DNA from: Mobula hypostoma
Lineage: Eukaryota
Assembly: GCF_963921235.1 (NCBI RefSeq)
Contig: NC_086097.1
Coordinates: forward strand, 23,500,001-23,564,000
Direction of reading: 5' to 3'
Length of the DNA stretch: 64,000 nt
This document shows positions 12,151-26,065 of the stretch, piece after piece. The position numbers and the translations under genes are program-made. The notes under the pieces were generated by a model. The model was not told the DNA's origin. It worked only from the letters and a program-made list of their open reading frames with translations, and did no database searches. Position 1 is the stretch's first letter; every line of letters starts with the position of its first letter.

Positions 12151-12814
12151 TAAAACGAATCTCAGGATAGCATATGGTGACATGTAGTGCGTGCACTTTG
12201 ACAACCATAATTCCTTGATTTTGACTTTGAAATCAAGGCTCTCCTAGGCCGTGATTTTTCAGCAGGCCGAACAATCTATCAATAAACACCAAGTATATTG
12301 CTTTAATGACCATTGAATATGTACTCACCTCTGAAATTATATGAAGATAATCAAATGTAAAATGGACGAGACTGTAAACATGATACATAATTCAATCCAA
12401 AAAATGCAATTTTTGTGATTGAGGGATGTGCTGGGGGAACTTAATGAATCCTATGAGGCACAGTATATGATGTGTTGTCCAAGTGAATTTATCCTTTACA
12501 TATCAGGTGTAAGGAACTCATAAAGATTTTTATTGTGAAAAATATTTTCTAACTTTATTGCAAAGGTTAAAAAAGGAAATCCTGACATTTTAAGTTATTG
12601 AAGCATTGGTAATAATATCAATAATATTACTCTATTGATCATTGGAGGATGGAAGTCGTGACAATCAGGTGGGCTAGTGTAGTAGTCACAACATTGGTTC
12701 AGTAATCTAGAGAGTGGGAACATAAATGATTATTTAAGAAGGGACAGAGAAGAGCATTGTTTAAGAAATAATGGAAATGGTGGATTTCAATGCTTAAGAG
12801 AAATATTTGATCAA

Positions 12815-13237
12815 TACAGCATTACGGCCTTAGGCACCCTAGATTTTTTTATATGGTTTCACATGGTACAGCCTCCACAGAGCCCTGATCTCAGTACCAC
12901 TGAGGCTGTCTGGAATTACCTGGCAAGACAGAAGCAAGCGAGACAGTCACAGTCTGCAGAAGAACTGTGGAAAATGTGCCAAGATGCTGGGAACAGCCTA
13001 TCAGCCAATTTTCTAATAAAACTGCATAACAGTGTACCTAAGAGAATTGATGCAGTTTTAAAGGCAAAGGTGGTCACGCCAAATATTGATTTGATTTAAT
13101 TTTTCACTGTTTTCTGCTCTTTATAAAAAAGTTTTTAAAAAAATTATAGACACTTTTCATTTCATTAGTTTTGAAAGCTTCTTCACATTGCAGATTTTTT
13201 TTTACATGTACCTGAGAATTTTGCACGGTGCTGTACA
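12815..13237 (+). mobile_element. Tc1-like transposon deletion derivative
   Basis: ORF 12863-13099 PPQSPDLSTTEAVW...SVPKRIDAVLKAK matches the Tc1 C-terminus (WPPQSPDLNPIENLW). Decayed TIR-like ends tacagcatt... and ...ttttgcacggtgctgta. Confidence 0.8.
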
Positions 13238-13603
13238 TGTTTGGTAGGGGTAAGGAGGGCTTGGGTAAAGTGCAGGTCAATGGCACTGAGTAGAGCAACA
13301 GTTCAGCGTGGACTAGATGAGCCGAAGGGCCTGATTCGATGCTGTGGTGCTCTATGACTCTTTCACCCTGTTGGGAAGGATATTTGCTATCTTTGCGTGT
13401 CCTGGGTGTGTTTGAGATTCCAGTATCACAGTTATGTGGTTGGTTTCATTTTTAATGAGCTGGGTTGAGCCTGTAGTTGATTGTGTCAAACTGCATCCAA
13501 TAGGAATATAACAAATGAAGAGGGGTTTAACCCTGTCTGAAATGCAACCGGTGATGGACAACGGATTTACAGTTTCGACAATGACTCCCTCATTCAATGT
13601 TGA

Positions 13604-14040
13604 CTAAGACTATAAGACAACGGAGCAGAGTTAGGCCACTCGGCCCGTCACATCTGCTCCACCACTACATCATGGCTGATTTGTTACCCCTCTCAACCCC
13701 ATTCTCCTGCCTTCTCCCCGTTGCCTTTGACACCCTGACTGATCAGGAACCTATCAACCTCTGCTTTAAATATACCAAAGGACTTGACCTTCACAGACGT
13801 CTGTGGCAATGAGTTCCACAGATTCTCTACCCTCTGGCTAAAGAAATTCCGCCATCTCTGTTCTAAATGAATATCCTTCTATTCTGAGGCTGTTCCCTCT
13901 GGTCCTAGACTCCCCCATTATAGGAAACATCCTCTCCACGTCAACTCTATTTAGGCCTTTCAATATTAGATCGGTTTCAATAAGATCCCGCTCCCCATCC
14001 TTTGAAACTCCAGTGAGTTCGGGTCCAGAACCGTCAAAAG
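13604..14040 (-). mobile_element. CR1 3' fragment
   Basis: ERDLIETDLILKGLNRVDVERMFP...SRTRGNSLRIEG. Confidence 0.85.
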
Positions 14041-16001
14041 CAAAGGGAACAAGCTTTGCAAGAGAAATTGGTGCTTTTATTAATGGAGAAGACATGGGTG
14101 AAGCTGATGTTCGAATGGTCAGGTGTCCATTACTCTGTACCGCTAGTTTTGCTTGACTCCACCAAAGCAAATCTGGGATCTGAATCTGACACCAGCTCCC
14201 CCATGTAAAATAAGTTATTTTGTGTATTAAAAGTGTCTTTTCAATAGATGAAGTCGAATGACAGAGATATTCAACTTTGTCAGGGTGTTTTGTCTTGAAA
14301 ACTTGTCAATAAGCCTAACAGCCATTGCTGAGTGTATTACTTTGTAAGTGATGCTATCTTGGGGTTCAAGATTCAAGATCATTTATTATCATTTTTCAGT
14401 ACACAAGTGTAAAGGAGAACAAAATAATTGTCACTTCAGACCCAATGCAATATAAAAAACACAACAAATATACAGAATACAATAAAAACACAATAAATAT
14501 AAATACATAAGCTTAGCTTACATACATCAATTGTATGTACATTAAGTGACTCTAGATACAGGAGTGTCTGTACGTAAGGTGACTCTGACAGGAAATGATA
14601 TAGTAGTGATGGTGGTATGGGTTAATGGGTTTCTTCAGCCTCTTAAAATGTTTGATAAAAAACTTAATTTTTATCAAACATATGATAAGTTCAAGTTGGG
14701 AGGAAAATTTCTCTCTAGTTGCATGTGCTAGTCATGTTATAGTCCTGAGCAGTGTCTGTTGCTTTTGAAATTCTCTTCAAGTAAAATCAAAGAGTTATCT
14801 GAAGTAAAATGTAACCTACCACAGGTAGACAACCAAGGACAGATTCTGACCGCCATTGTCTAATAATTGTTGACTGGCAATGATTGAAGATAGTAGAGCT
14901 GTTGTAGATGAGGCTTGATCTTATTGAATGAGAGATCATGCTGGGGAGGTGGAGAGGCTGCATGGGCCACCATTATTCAAGATCCAGTTTGTTGTCATTC
15001 AATTGTACACATGTATACAGCTAAACAAAACAATGTTCTTCGGGGACCAAGGTGCAAAACACTACACAATATCACACACAGGACATAAAATAATGTTAAT
15101 ATAATACCACTAACAGATAAAAAACAATCTGGACATGTACAAATCGACATAAAGTGCATATACAGCATATAGTTAAATATACAACAGTGCAATGCTACCA
15201 GTACTGACATAAATAATGTGTACTGGGTGTTCAGAAGTCTCACAATCTGGGGGAAGAAGCTGTTACCCAGCCTAATGGACCCTGTTCTTATACAGTGACA
15301 CCTTCTGCCTGATGGTAGGAGGTCAAAGAGATTTTTGGATGAATAGGAAACATCCTTGACAATATTTCTATTGTTCATGTAACAAAGGTCATTAACTTTT
15401 TGGGGAAAGAGTATAAAGAACATAATGAATAAGACATCCTTTGTATGATTGGACTTATACAGAAGTTTTAAAATCCGGGGCATCTGGTAACTGATGCCCT
15501 CCAGAAATCTTGACCAAAATGATGTCTGCTGCAGAGAGTAAGCAACAGCTGTGCATCATGCATTACATAAGAAACAATTTCCATCTCCTTTTGGTTTGGT
15601 TATGGCTTTATGAGTTTATAGAAAAGTGCAGTGCTGTGCTCTCTTGAATCTTTTTCATCCAGTCTTCTGATGGCAATTTGGTTTCACATGTGAGCTGCTT
15701 CAACGCAGGTTCTTTGATGTTATTTAAATCACTGCTCCACACAGCAAATAAACTTTGTATTTTGTATCCTCCGTTTTAACAACTTGCATTCCCTCAAAGG
15801 TACCAGATGTAACTACGGTTGGCTGATGTGATAGTTGCCAGGCAATATCCTGTGTAAATTTGACACCAGGCTGTTCAAAATTGAATACCTGACCAATTAA
15901 GAAGGCTGACCCCATTTTCTGGTGACATTTTAGACTGGTGTCACAGTTATGTTCCAAAATGTTTTGATTATAACAGTAGTATTTTTCTTAACATATTGAT
16001 G

Positions 16002-16535
16002 TACACTCAGCTTTATTAGCTGTACGCTCATTGTCTTCTACTGCTGTAGCTCATCCACTTTAGGGTTCAACATGTTGTGCATCCAGAGATGCTCTTCTGA
16101 GCGTCATTGTTGTAATGCATGGTTATTTGAGTTAGAGTTGCCTTCCTGTCGGCTTGAACCAGCCTGGCCATTTTCCTCTGACCTCTCTCATTAACGAGGC
16201 ACTTTCGCCCACAGAACTGCTGCTCACTGGATGTTCTTTGTTTTTTGCACCATCCTCTGTTAGCTCAAGAGATGGTTGTACGTGGAAATCCCAGGAGACC
16301 GGTGGTTTCTGAGACACACAAACTACCCAACGTGGCATCAACAATTATTCTACGGTCAAGGTCACTAAGATTACGTTTCTTTCCCATTCTGATGTCTGGT
16401 CTGAACAACAAATGAACCGCTTGGCCACGTCTGCATGCTTTTATGCATTAAGTTACTGCCATGTGATTGGATGATAGAAATTTGCATTAAAGAGCAGACG
16501 TACAGGTGTACGTAAGAAAGTGGCCACTCAGTGTA
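16002..16535 (-). mobile_element. Tc1-derived non-autonomous element (CACTCAGTGGCCACTT TIR family)
   Basis: tacactcag... and ...gtggccactcagtgta termini. Interior retains Tc1 DNA-binding-domain remnants. Copies at 35464, 48925, 59683 and 61617. Confidence 0.8.
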
Positions 16536-16654
16536 TTATCTGACAAAATGGAAAGCAATGCTGCTACTTCTGTTTCAGAGCATAGTGACTTTCCTTAGGA
16601 AGAAACAGTCTTTGGTCACTGAGGCAAGTAGGTATCATAGTATAGTAGTCATTT

Positions 16655-17215
16655 TTATACTTTATTGATCCCGGGGGAAATTGATTTTCATTACAGTTGC
16701 ACCATAAATAAATAAATAAATAAATAGTAATAAAACCATAAATAATTAAATAGTAATTTGTAAATTATGCCAGGAAATAAGTCCAGGACCAGCCTATTGA
16801 CTCAGGGTATCTGACCCTTCAAGAGTTGTAAATTTGATGGCCACAGGCAGGAATGACTTCCTATGACACTCTGTGTTGCATCTCAGTGGAATGAGTCTCT
16901 GGCTGAATGTACTCCTGTGCCCAACCAGTCCATTATGTAGTGGATGGGAGACATTGTCCAAGATGGCATGCAACTTGGACAGCATTCTCTTTTCAGATAC
17001 CACCTTCAGAGAGTCCAGTTCCATCCCCACAACATCACTGGCCTTGCGAATGAGTTTGTTGATTCTGTTGGTGTCTTCTACCCTCAGCCTGCTGCCCCAG
17101 CACACAACAGCAAACATCATTGCACTGGCCACCACGGACTCGTAGAACATCCTCAGCATTGTCCGGCAGATGTTAAAGGACCACAGTCTTCTCAGGAAAT
17201 AGAGATGGCATAATG
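16655..17215 (-). mobile_element. Rex1/Babar-type LINE 3' end
   Basis: LYFLRRLWSFNICRTMLRMFYESVVAS...HPLH...RKSFLPVAIK. Confidence 0.85.
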
Positions 17216-17299
17216 TCAACACCCCCTATCCATCTCTTTATCTTTCCAAATTGATATTGGCTTCTCTGGAGAATGATAGCTGACAACAACATGTACTCT

Positions 17300-17855
17300 A
17301 TTCCTTATTGGACATCAGTCAGATCACACTTGGAGTATTGTGCACAGTTTTGGGCCCCTTTTCTAAGAAATGATGTGTTGTAATTGGATAGGGTCAAGGG
17401 GAGGTTCACAAAGATGATGCCAGGAACGGGAAAAATATTTTATGAGGAGCATTTGATGGCTCTGGGCCTGTACTCACTGGTGTTTAGAAGAATGGGGGGG
17501 GGGGCGGGGGGATCTCATTGAAACCTACTCAATATTGAAAGGCCTACGTAGAGTGGATGTGGAGAGGATGTTTCTTATAGTGGGGAATCTAGGATCAGAT
17601 ACACAGCCTCAGATGTGCTTCAGAACCTTTAAAATAGAGATAAGGAACAATTTTTCTTCTGAGAAGGTGGTGAATCTGTGGAATTCATTGCCATGGATGG
17701 CTGTGGAGCCCAAGTCATTGGTTATATTTAAAGCAGAAATGAATAGTTCTTGATTAGTCAGGGCATCAAAGGTTATGGGAAGCAGGAGAATGGAATGGTG
17801 AAGCAGACTCGATGGGCCAAGTGACCTGATTCTCCTGCTATACTTATGGTCTTAC
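17300..17855 (+). mobile_element. CR1 3' fragment
   Basis: Reads HLEYCAQFWAPFLR and KGLRRVDVERMF...VVNLWNSLP. Confidence 0.85.
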
Positions 17856-18778
17856 AAAATACAAAATTACTATGTTAAAGCAGTTTGGTGCTGCTCTGAA
17901 ATTGTTTTATACCCTGTGGGGTTAAACTTTAGCTTTCATTACTGACTCTCATGCATTGATGATTATCTGTATCAGTACCATATCAGTTACACAGTGTTTT
18001 ACATTGCCAGGGATCACTAATCGAGGATCCATTTCTGCTGCTGTCTGTAAGAAGTATGTATATTCTCCCCATGACCATGTGGGTTTCCTCTGTGTTCTCT
18101 GGTTTCCTCCCACATTCCAAAGACACACGGGTTACGGTTAGTGAATTGTTGGGTGCTATGCCATGTTGGGTCAGAAGGTTGGGGTTATTTGCAGGCTGCC
18201 CCTAGTACATCCTTGGACTGTTGGTCATTGACTTAAGCAAGACATTTCACTGTATATTTTGATGTTTGAATGTACATGCGATAAATAAAGCTAATCCTAA
18301 TCTTTTTGCATTTATCGAAGGACAGGTCTGTCACCTCTGAGCATTTGATTCCTTGACAATAACAGAGCTGAATGCCTGTCAGTACACACAGTGGTCAAAT
18401 CTTTGAATGTGATGGTCATAAGGATGAAAAGGATGAAATTTTCTTCCTTTCTGCCCGTATTTCCTGAAACCCCATCTCTAGTTCATAATAATATCTCACT
18501 AAGTTACCCTTTCTCTCGCTATTATAAAACCCAACAGTGAAGACATTTTCTAAAACAGAGGCCTTAATACGAAGACCTTGGAGAGAACGTTGTTCACAAC
18601 CTAATCTAGTTAGGTTTGTAGCCATGTGTGTCCATGATTGCGTCTACTTGGCTGTGTGTGTTGCTTTGAAATATTTAGTGCACTCATGGGTGCAAACTGC
18701 TTGCGTGGAAAGGGGAATGCTGCTGACTTCATCTGTCATTGACAATTTGTCTTTTGCTTGTTCCCCCCACGCCCTAAG

Positions 18779-18898
18779 GTCCTAGCACAACTTGCCAAGA
18801 AGACTCCTGTACCAACTATGGAATCTGCATCCAACAGTGGGAAGGATACACATGTGACTGCTCCATGACTTCATACAGCGGCAGTCAATGCAACGACC
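18779..18898 (+). CDS. nrxn3: Neurexin alpha exon encoding the third EGF-like domain
   Basis: ctaAG|GTCCTAGC...AACGACC|GTgagt, 120 nt, phase 1-1. Translates [40 protein letters not shown](P) with six EGF cysteines. WEG, SYSG and QCND are closer to NRXN3 than to NRXN1 or NRXN2. Confidence 0.95.
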
Positions 18899-19833
18899 GT
18901 GAGTAGCTGGTTTCATTAACTACCCCTGTTGCTGGCTGAGATCAGTGTGACTGTGGTGATTTCTCTCCCAATGCCAAGGGATACGCGTGTTAGAACTAGG
19001 TGTATCACTGGAATATCCAAAGCATGGTTGTACTCGTGGTCAAAGAAAGATAATGATGCATTTGTCTGGTTTTTGTAACAACTGGCATTTTTTCTGCATG
19101 CTGGAGAGCAAAGTAATAACTGATCTGTACAGAACAATTTTTAAACGTGCATCTTAAGTGGTATTCTTTCAGAAGCAATTACTGTTGCAACTTGCCGTGC
19201 ATATTTTGAGATTTTGTAATGAAGTGCTTTACACTAATGTATTAGACGTCCGTGAGGAAACTGAGAAAGGCCTAGCTTGACTGGTGCCTATGCTCATCAT
19301 AGATAGATATATCCATCTGTCTTTCAACCATTGCAAAGAAACTTAGTAAAGAATTGAAGCTCACAGGATAAACCCCACTTTGTTCATCCTTATGGGTTAA
19401 TAGTCATATTAAAGAGAGAAAAAAAAGGAAGCTTTCTTCATTTGGAAGTTCAAAGGATGTCAGAAGTCTAAGCTCAAACTTCTCTGACAGGCTTAGATAC
19501 ACTTAAAGGGATATAAATTACCCTGTGCAAACAGTCACTTCAGTACAAATTAATTCTTGCGTTTATCTAGGTCCATGTGTCCTCCTCCTTGGCATGGACT
19601 AGATGGACTGAATGTCCTGTTTCTGTGCTATGGTGTTCTGTGACTCTGTGACAACTTATGAATATTCATACTTCCTACTAATCACCATCTATTTTCAAAG
19701 GATCAAGGGAATGGGCTATTTAATATCTCAAGCCTCTTCTGCCATTTAATGGGATCAAGCTCATCCATGAACTAACTTTATTTTACCCTACTTCTTCCCT
19801 GATCCCATTATCAAAAAATTAGCAATGTCCAAG

Positions 19834-20532
19834 TGTAGCCCCCTGGTAAGCCTCAGGCTCGCTCAGCTCGCTTCTGTCTAGAGGGAGCAGCCTTCGGCCC
19901 CGCCAGACTAGGTAATCAAGTTTGTGTAGAGGCTGTGTGATGTACCCCACCCCACCAAATAACAGATAGTACACCATATGCAATTTGCAGAATACAATTT
20001 ATAGATCTTACTGGAACTATGTAATTAATAGATACAATATAAAAGGAAAGTAAAAGGCGCCAAACTTATCAAAATTCAACCACCGTGCACAACCATTGGA
20101 GCTCAATTAACGGAGTCTTCTTTCCACCATGCGATCTCCTCTGACCCCCACGACCTGCCGCCTGGGACCAACCACGGTGGTCGACCAGAGCGCGTCCAGC
20201 ACGTCCTTCCTCTTTGGTTCTCCTCTCCTCACCGAAGACCCTGGGCCTCGTACTCCCACTTGGGGTCCGTTCCATTGCCCAGCTTACAGCATTGCGTCTC
20301 CTCTCTCTGTCCCCATCGTGCCTCCTGCCCCAAAGCCCACGAAAACAATAGCTTACAGATGCACAAGAAAAATAACAACTATCCCAGTTGGTTAGCAAAT
20401 GAATACAATTCCCTTTGTCAGTAATTATAACCCAAACAAGCTGCTAGAGAGAACTACTGTCTCAGCAGTTAACATCACCGAGAAGCCATTTTATTTGCCT
20501 TAGCAGTAACATAAAAGAAGAAACCCCTTACA
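19834..20532. mobile_element. Solo LTR (699 bp), 4-bp TSD, Gypsy- or ERV-type
   Basis: caag|TGTAG ... TTACA|caag: TG...CA termini with direct CAAG flanks at 19830-19833 and 20533-20536. More GC/CpG-rich than its flanks. Confidence 0.8.
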
Positions 20533-23140
20533 CAAGTTAAGATTAACAATTGACTGATTGTCAGTTTCCATTAATTGAAGAGAGTTTGTCCTTTCTGCCA
20601 TCCCTGTTTAACCAACTTTAACCACCAATCCTAACCCAGTCAACTGAAATATTTCCATTTGCCCAACATGACTGTCTCCCTTAAGTACTTTGGAAAAACT
20701 TGTGCAATTTGATATATATTCAGGCCACATTCTAGGTCATTGAAAACAATGAAGTTCCTCCACATTCATCAAACCAGTCCCAACATTATACAATCTCAAA
20801 TATATTTCTCATGGGGGAGAAATAAAACCTAAATATATTATAATGCAATTGATGGTAAAAGATAAAACAATGGAAGAAAATAGTATTTTTTACTTTATTG
20901 AGATACAGCATAAAATAGATCCTTCTGGCCTTTTGAACTATGCTGTCCAACAACCCTGATTAACCCTCGCCTAATCACAGGACTATTTACAATGTCCATT
21001 TATCCCACCAACTGGAACAAATCAGATCCTTGGAAAAAATCTTCAACCAGGAATAATGAATCTTTGGAATTTTCATCCATGAGGCCTTGGACGGTCATTC
21101 ACTGAGTGTATTCAAAAGAAAAGTAATTGGTTTGTGTACAGTGATATGAGTTTAGAACATAGAACAATATAGCACCGTACAGGCCATTCAGCCCATGATG
21201 TTGTGCTGAACGTTTTACCTGCTCTACGAACAGCCATCCATTTTTCTATCATCCATCTGCCCATCCAGAGAAGTGCCCCTAATGTATCTGCCTCTACCAC
21301 CACCCCTGGTTGGGCATTCCATGTACCCACCACTCTCTGCATTTAAAAAAAAAACCTGTCTCTGACATATTTCCTCCAATCACCGTAAGGTCATACTTCT
21401 TGGTATTAGCCATTAATACCCTAGGGAAAAATTAGTCTCTGCCTGTCCTCTTTGAAAGGATCAGCCTTGATCTAATTAAATGGATGAGCGGGCAAGAGGG
21501 GGAGGGTGGTGGGGACAAATAGCCTGTGGCTGTTCTTATGTTTTAAGTTGTTATGCACATCCTGTAATATTGAGTTAAAACATCTGGATTCAAATTTTAT
21601 CTATGAGGGATTTCAATGGTTGTTAAAACAGATGGATATCCAGTGCCCTATTGATCCTTATAATTGTCATCTATTGCTTTTATTGAACTGTGTTGGAAGA
21701 TGTATTTTACTTGTCCTTGCGTTTGAAGAGAGGTGGAAACATTAGGTCCACCACAGGTAAGTGCTATTGAGGCATTTTCATTGGAAGAAGTTTAAGACGT
21801 ATTGGGGTCAGACTTGCTGGTTTCAGATGATTGAAACGTTGAATACGATTCTGAAATTGAGTTTAATAAAAAGTTGTCCTGATTGATGCTTACACAGGAG
21901 CTAGCTTGAGGGTTTCATCAGCCCGGATATGTCTTCCCTGTTTCAAACCAGATACTCTGATCATAGTATCGCAGTATGCAAGCAATGGGGAGATGCTATT
22001 GGAAAGGATGATATTCTTTAGATTAATTGTGGAAAAATCTTTTCACCGGAGGTTTGTCACACCAGCCTCGTTGTGTTGATTGTGCAGGAGAATGGATTAG
22101 CATTCTATGTGATACAGACTGCTAGTATATACCTCTTTATGGGATTATGATTGCCTTTGACTTTTCTTTAAAGTATGTCTTTTAAAACCATCTATACACT
22201 GCTTAACCAAGGGACCTCTTAAGATAACAGATATGTTTAATCTAGAAATACTTAACTAGTTCAAATTCAGCTTATTAGCTTTATAATACCCAAACCATGT
22301 GAGAAATTCCTTGCCTCTTGTATGCAGCATGAGTCACAATCGCACTAAGCTGTTCAGTGTGAAGAAAGTTCAGGTGACGTTTTCAGTGTCATGAAATCTT
22401 ACACTGTTGGACATTTATTGATCAATATGAAAAACAGTGACCTATTAATTCAAGTAATAATATTTAAATTACACTTTAGCAAACAGTATGTTCTCTGCAA
22501 TGGTTATCAGGTGGGCTTTTGGGGAAAGAAAATGGGGTTTCGGGCCCAATGCTAAATGCTATTGACAGAGAATGTCGGAAAGGATGCCATTGAGGGAAAA
22601 GAGGCAGTGACTTTGCGCTTTGTCACAGGGCAACGATGAGAGTGAGTGAAGGACAATTGGTAGCAAGATTTGTCACTGTATTGTTAGTTGGTTATTGAGG
22701 AAGGTACGTTGGTGGCAATTAAAAAGCGAGCTGGAAAGGTTTGAGGGGAAAAAGTCAACAAAAGGCTGAGTAAAATTCAATTCTGTTTTGTGTTCCGAAA
22801 GTTCATTCCAAGTGAGAAATATTAGTGAACTGGGGGGCGGGGGGCAGGTAGTTGGAACTGATGAGATTACCCTGTTTGATTGATAAGTGGAATATATGTG
22901 AATGGTCTTCATTTTCTGGAATAAGAAGTGGCTTGGCCTTGTTCTCCTTGTGAGTATTTGTAGTAGATTCAAGAGAGGACCAAAAGGATGGAGTAATATT
23001 TTCAGCCATATCTTTCCTGTGGAGCTTTCCTGGATCACCAGCAAAAGTGGGGAGTAAGAGTTGTCTGATTATGAACAACCCTTCGGTGTCCATAACTGGC
23101 TGTGGAAATTGCAACCATCCTTCTCAAAAAACATCTAAGC

Positions 23141-23221
23141 CAGGGGGTTCCCAATCTTTATTATGCCATGGACCATCACCATTAAGCAGAGGATCCGTGG
23201 ACTCTGGGTTGGGAACCCCTG
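23141..23221. mobile_element. 81-bp hAT (Buster-type) MITE with perfect 8-bp TSD
   Basis: atctaagc|CAGGGGGTTCCCAA ... TTGGGAACCCCTG|atctaagc, a TSD with central TA. Confidence 0.9.
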
Positions 23222-24639
23222 ATCTAAGCTCACTTTGACACCTTAGTATATATAAGAATTGGGATCCCACGTGGGAGGTGAGTTGAATCAAACTTCAATT
23301 ACCAGACCTCTCGCATCCTTGGTCACATCCAATGACCGCACGTATTCATGTACCCCAAGCAATATTTACTGTTATCTCTGCTTGAGGTCAAATCAGCAAA
23401 GCTGCAGCTTATCTGAGGAATTAGATAAGCAGAGTGCTGTTTTACTATTTTTTTCTGCATTAAAATCTTTCTGAGGTTTATGCGTATCTGACAGTGGAAG
23501 GAATAAGCTTGAAAGGTTGTACACCTTATTGAAGCAAGGGTTTATGCCATCTCACGAATAATATAAGGATTTCCATATAATGCAAGATGGGTTTTTAAAA
23601 AAATATGCTGTGAAATGGAAATAGTGTTGATGGCCACCATTATGTTGGCTTTGACTCTGACTTATAATATGGTTTACGGTATAATATCTGATGAATTTTT
23701 AAAATGTCTAGTTAAGGGGAAAATAATGTTGAACCCACCCATACATTGGCTTTGGACACTCTCCCACTCTCTTGCCCCTTTGAAGTTGAAATGAAGGATC
23801 ATTCTGGCAGGAGAACTTTGCAAAATTGAGGCACCAACAGACTCAGAGATCCCATATGCCCTTCAAGACTCTGAATGCATATTTAAATTGAAGTAAGTAG
23901 TGTAACGAGAATGCGGAATACCATATTTTCTACTTTTTTGTTAAATCTTTGTAAAAATGTGTCTTAACCTGCTATGTTTGACATGTTACATAGTCCCTCC
24001 AAGATAAAATGAGGATTGACACTAGGAATGGAATGGGATGTTCCTAGGATAATCTAACAGCCTCTCGTGTGCATCACTCACCAGCTGGGCATTTGTGACA
24101 AGACTCTTCATTCAAAATATCTGTACAATGTCCGCATTAGGAAAATAGATATATTCTTCAAACTTCTTTTTTCATTTTAAATACATTTTCATTATCAAAC
24201 CTAAACACTTGTATGTTCTGTAGTGGCCTTGTTTCTAATGGGGCTCAGATTAAATGGAGTTATCCTGGGAGATGGGTTGCTCCCTTCACTTTTCAGAAAG
24301 AGCTAAAGGAAACATTTATCTTTCTCCTAAATGGATGGCTGTGGCTGGACTTCTTCAGCTTCCTTACCTGCCTTCTGCTCTGAGGTGCTCTGTGCTATCA
24401 AACTATGAGAGGATAGGGATGCGGAAGGTAATTTTAACATTTAGCCAAGGAAGTCCTGAGTTCTCACTGGCATTAGCATCTAAGTACTTGTCTCTCAGAT
24501 TCAGATTCAGTTTTAGTTTTTTTGTCGTATTGATTGGTTGTCCATTGTATCTGTCAGTGACAGTAAGAAATCTGTGTGGGAAGGTTTTTAAAGTGGAAAA
24601 CCTATGACACTGGGATAGTTTTACTCTCTCGAACTCAGA

Positions 24640-25030
24640 AGTGTGGGTCCAATGATATGAGTAGTTGTCACAACTGGGGTCATTCATCAGTTGCAGTGGA
24701 TGACCATGAACATGTGCTTTGTCATGCCCTTTGCTCTCCACAAAGCATTGCAGAACTACCTTCCTGGCTGTGGCTCTCATCTGCCCAGTCTACCTGAGCT
24801 GATCTTGCATGCTAGGGTAGGCATGTCCCTGTCTCACTGGGGTATGAGGCCCACTGGCTACCCTCACCTGGTTTAGCCTGGGTGTGGTCGCTGTCGCATG
24901 CTAACAGCTACTTGGTGAGAGCCAAGTCTCTGCTGGGGAATAAAGGTGATTGAGCTGCCCCAGAATAGACATGAGAAGCCATTTCACCAGCGGTGCTACC
25001 CCTCCCAGGACACTCCATACACCCCTCTTT
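24640..25030 (-). mobile_element. Probable RTE-clade LINE 5' fragment
   Basis: GC-richer block resembling RTE 5' UTRs (ctaccctcacctggtttagcc). Recognised from memory only. Confidence 0.35.
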
Positions 25031-25229
25031 TGGGCATGCATGCCAGAGTGAAATAAAGTTATTTGCTTGTGTGAATCTCACAGAGTAACCAGTATACAAG
25101 GAAATAATAAATACAGCAATGAGTGCAGAATAACAGAGTGGTGCAAAGAATCATAATGCATACTGAAGTTGTATAAAAAGAAACACTGAGGTGATAATAA
25201 AGGAAGGGGGAGAATTAAGTTTTTAAGAA

Positions 25230-26065
25230 CATGACAGCATTGGCAGGATGGAGATGTGAAAGAGGTGACTGGTTCAGAAGTCTGGTATGAGTGGGGAAGA
25301 AACTATCCCTGTGTCTAGCTGACTGGACTTTCAACCGGCTGTATCTTCTCCTAGAAGGTCGAAAGGAATGGCCAGGGTACCAGGCATCCTTTGTGTTCTG
25401 GATGCAACACGTCATGAAAGTAGTCTGAATGGAAGGGCCGAGCAGTTTTACCATGGCTACAGGTTCCAATAGTCCAGAGCTGAGCAGCTGCTGTCCAGGC
25501 TGAGAGGCAACCAGACAAGATGCTTCCTATAGGATATTTGTAGAAGTTCAAGAAATCTCTGTAAACAAGTTAAATTTTATCAGGTGCCTATTGAAATGAA
25601 TTAGCTGATGTGCTTTGTTTATCACTACATCAGTGTGGAGCAACAAGGAGAGGTTGTTAGTGATTTGGGTGTCTAGGAACTTGAAGGGTAGAGTTCTATC
25701 TAACCTCTAGGTCAATCGTCAGCTGTTTGTCATGATGATGTTAAGGATTATGTTGTTGTTCTGACACCATGGCAGAAGTTTTGCCATCTCTTTCTTGTAA
25801 CTCGTCTCAATATTGTAGATGATCCAACCTAGAGTGGTGCCAACAGCAAACTTGAAGATTGGGTTGGCACTGTATTTGGACATACATACATTGATATACA
25901 GTGAGTAGAGCAGGGGATTGAGTACACAACCTCAGGGGCATCTGTGTTCAGGAACAGAGTGAATGGAATGTTATGATCGATTTTAACCAACTGAGGCCTG
26001 CCGGTCAGAAAGTCTAGAAGCCAGTTATTGAGTGGGGCCCCAAGGCCAAAGTTCACAAGCTTCAT
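25230..26065 (-). mobile_element. Degenerate Rex/Babar-type LINE
   Basis: [27 protein letters not shown] and RDSFFPT remnants. Confidence 0.75.

Noticed and set aside
18537..18785. 82-aa ORF abutting the neurexin exon
   Set aside because: Intronic, in a different frame from the EGF exon, with no recognisable protein similarity.
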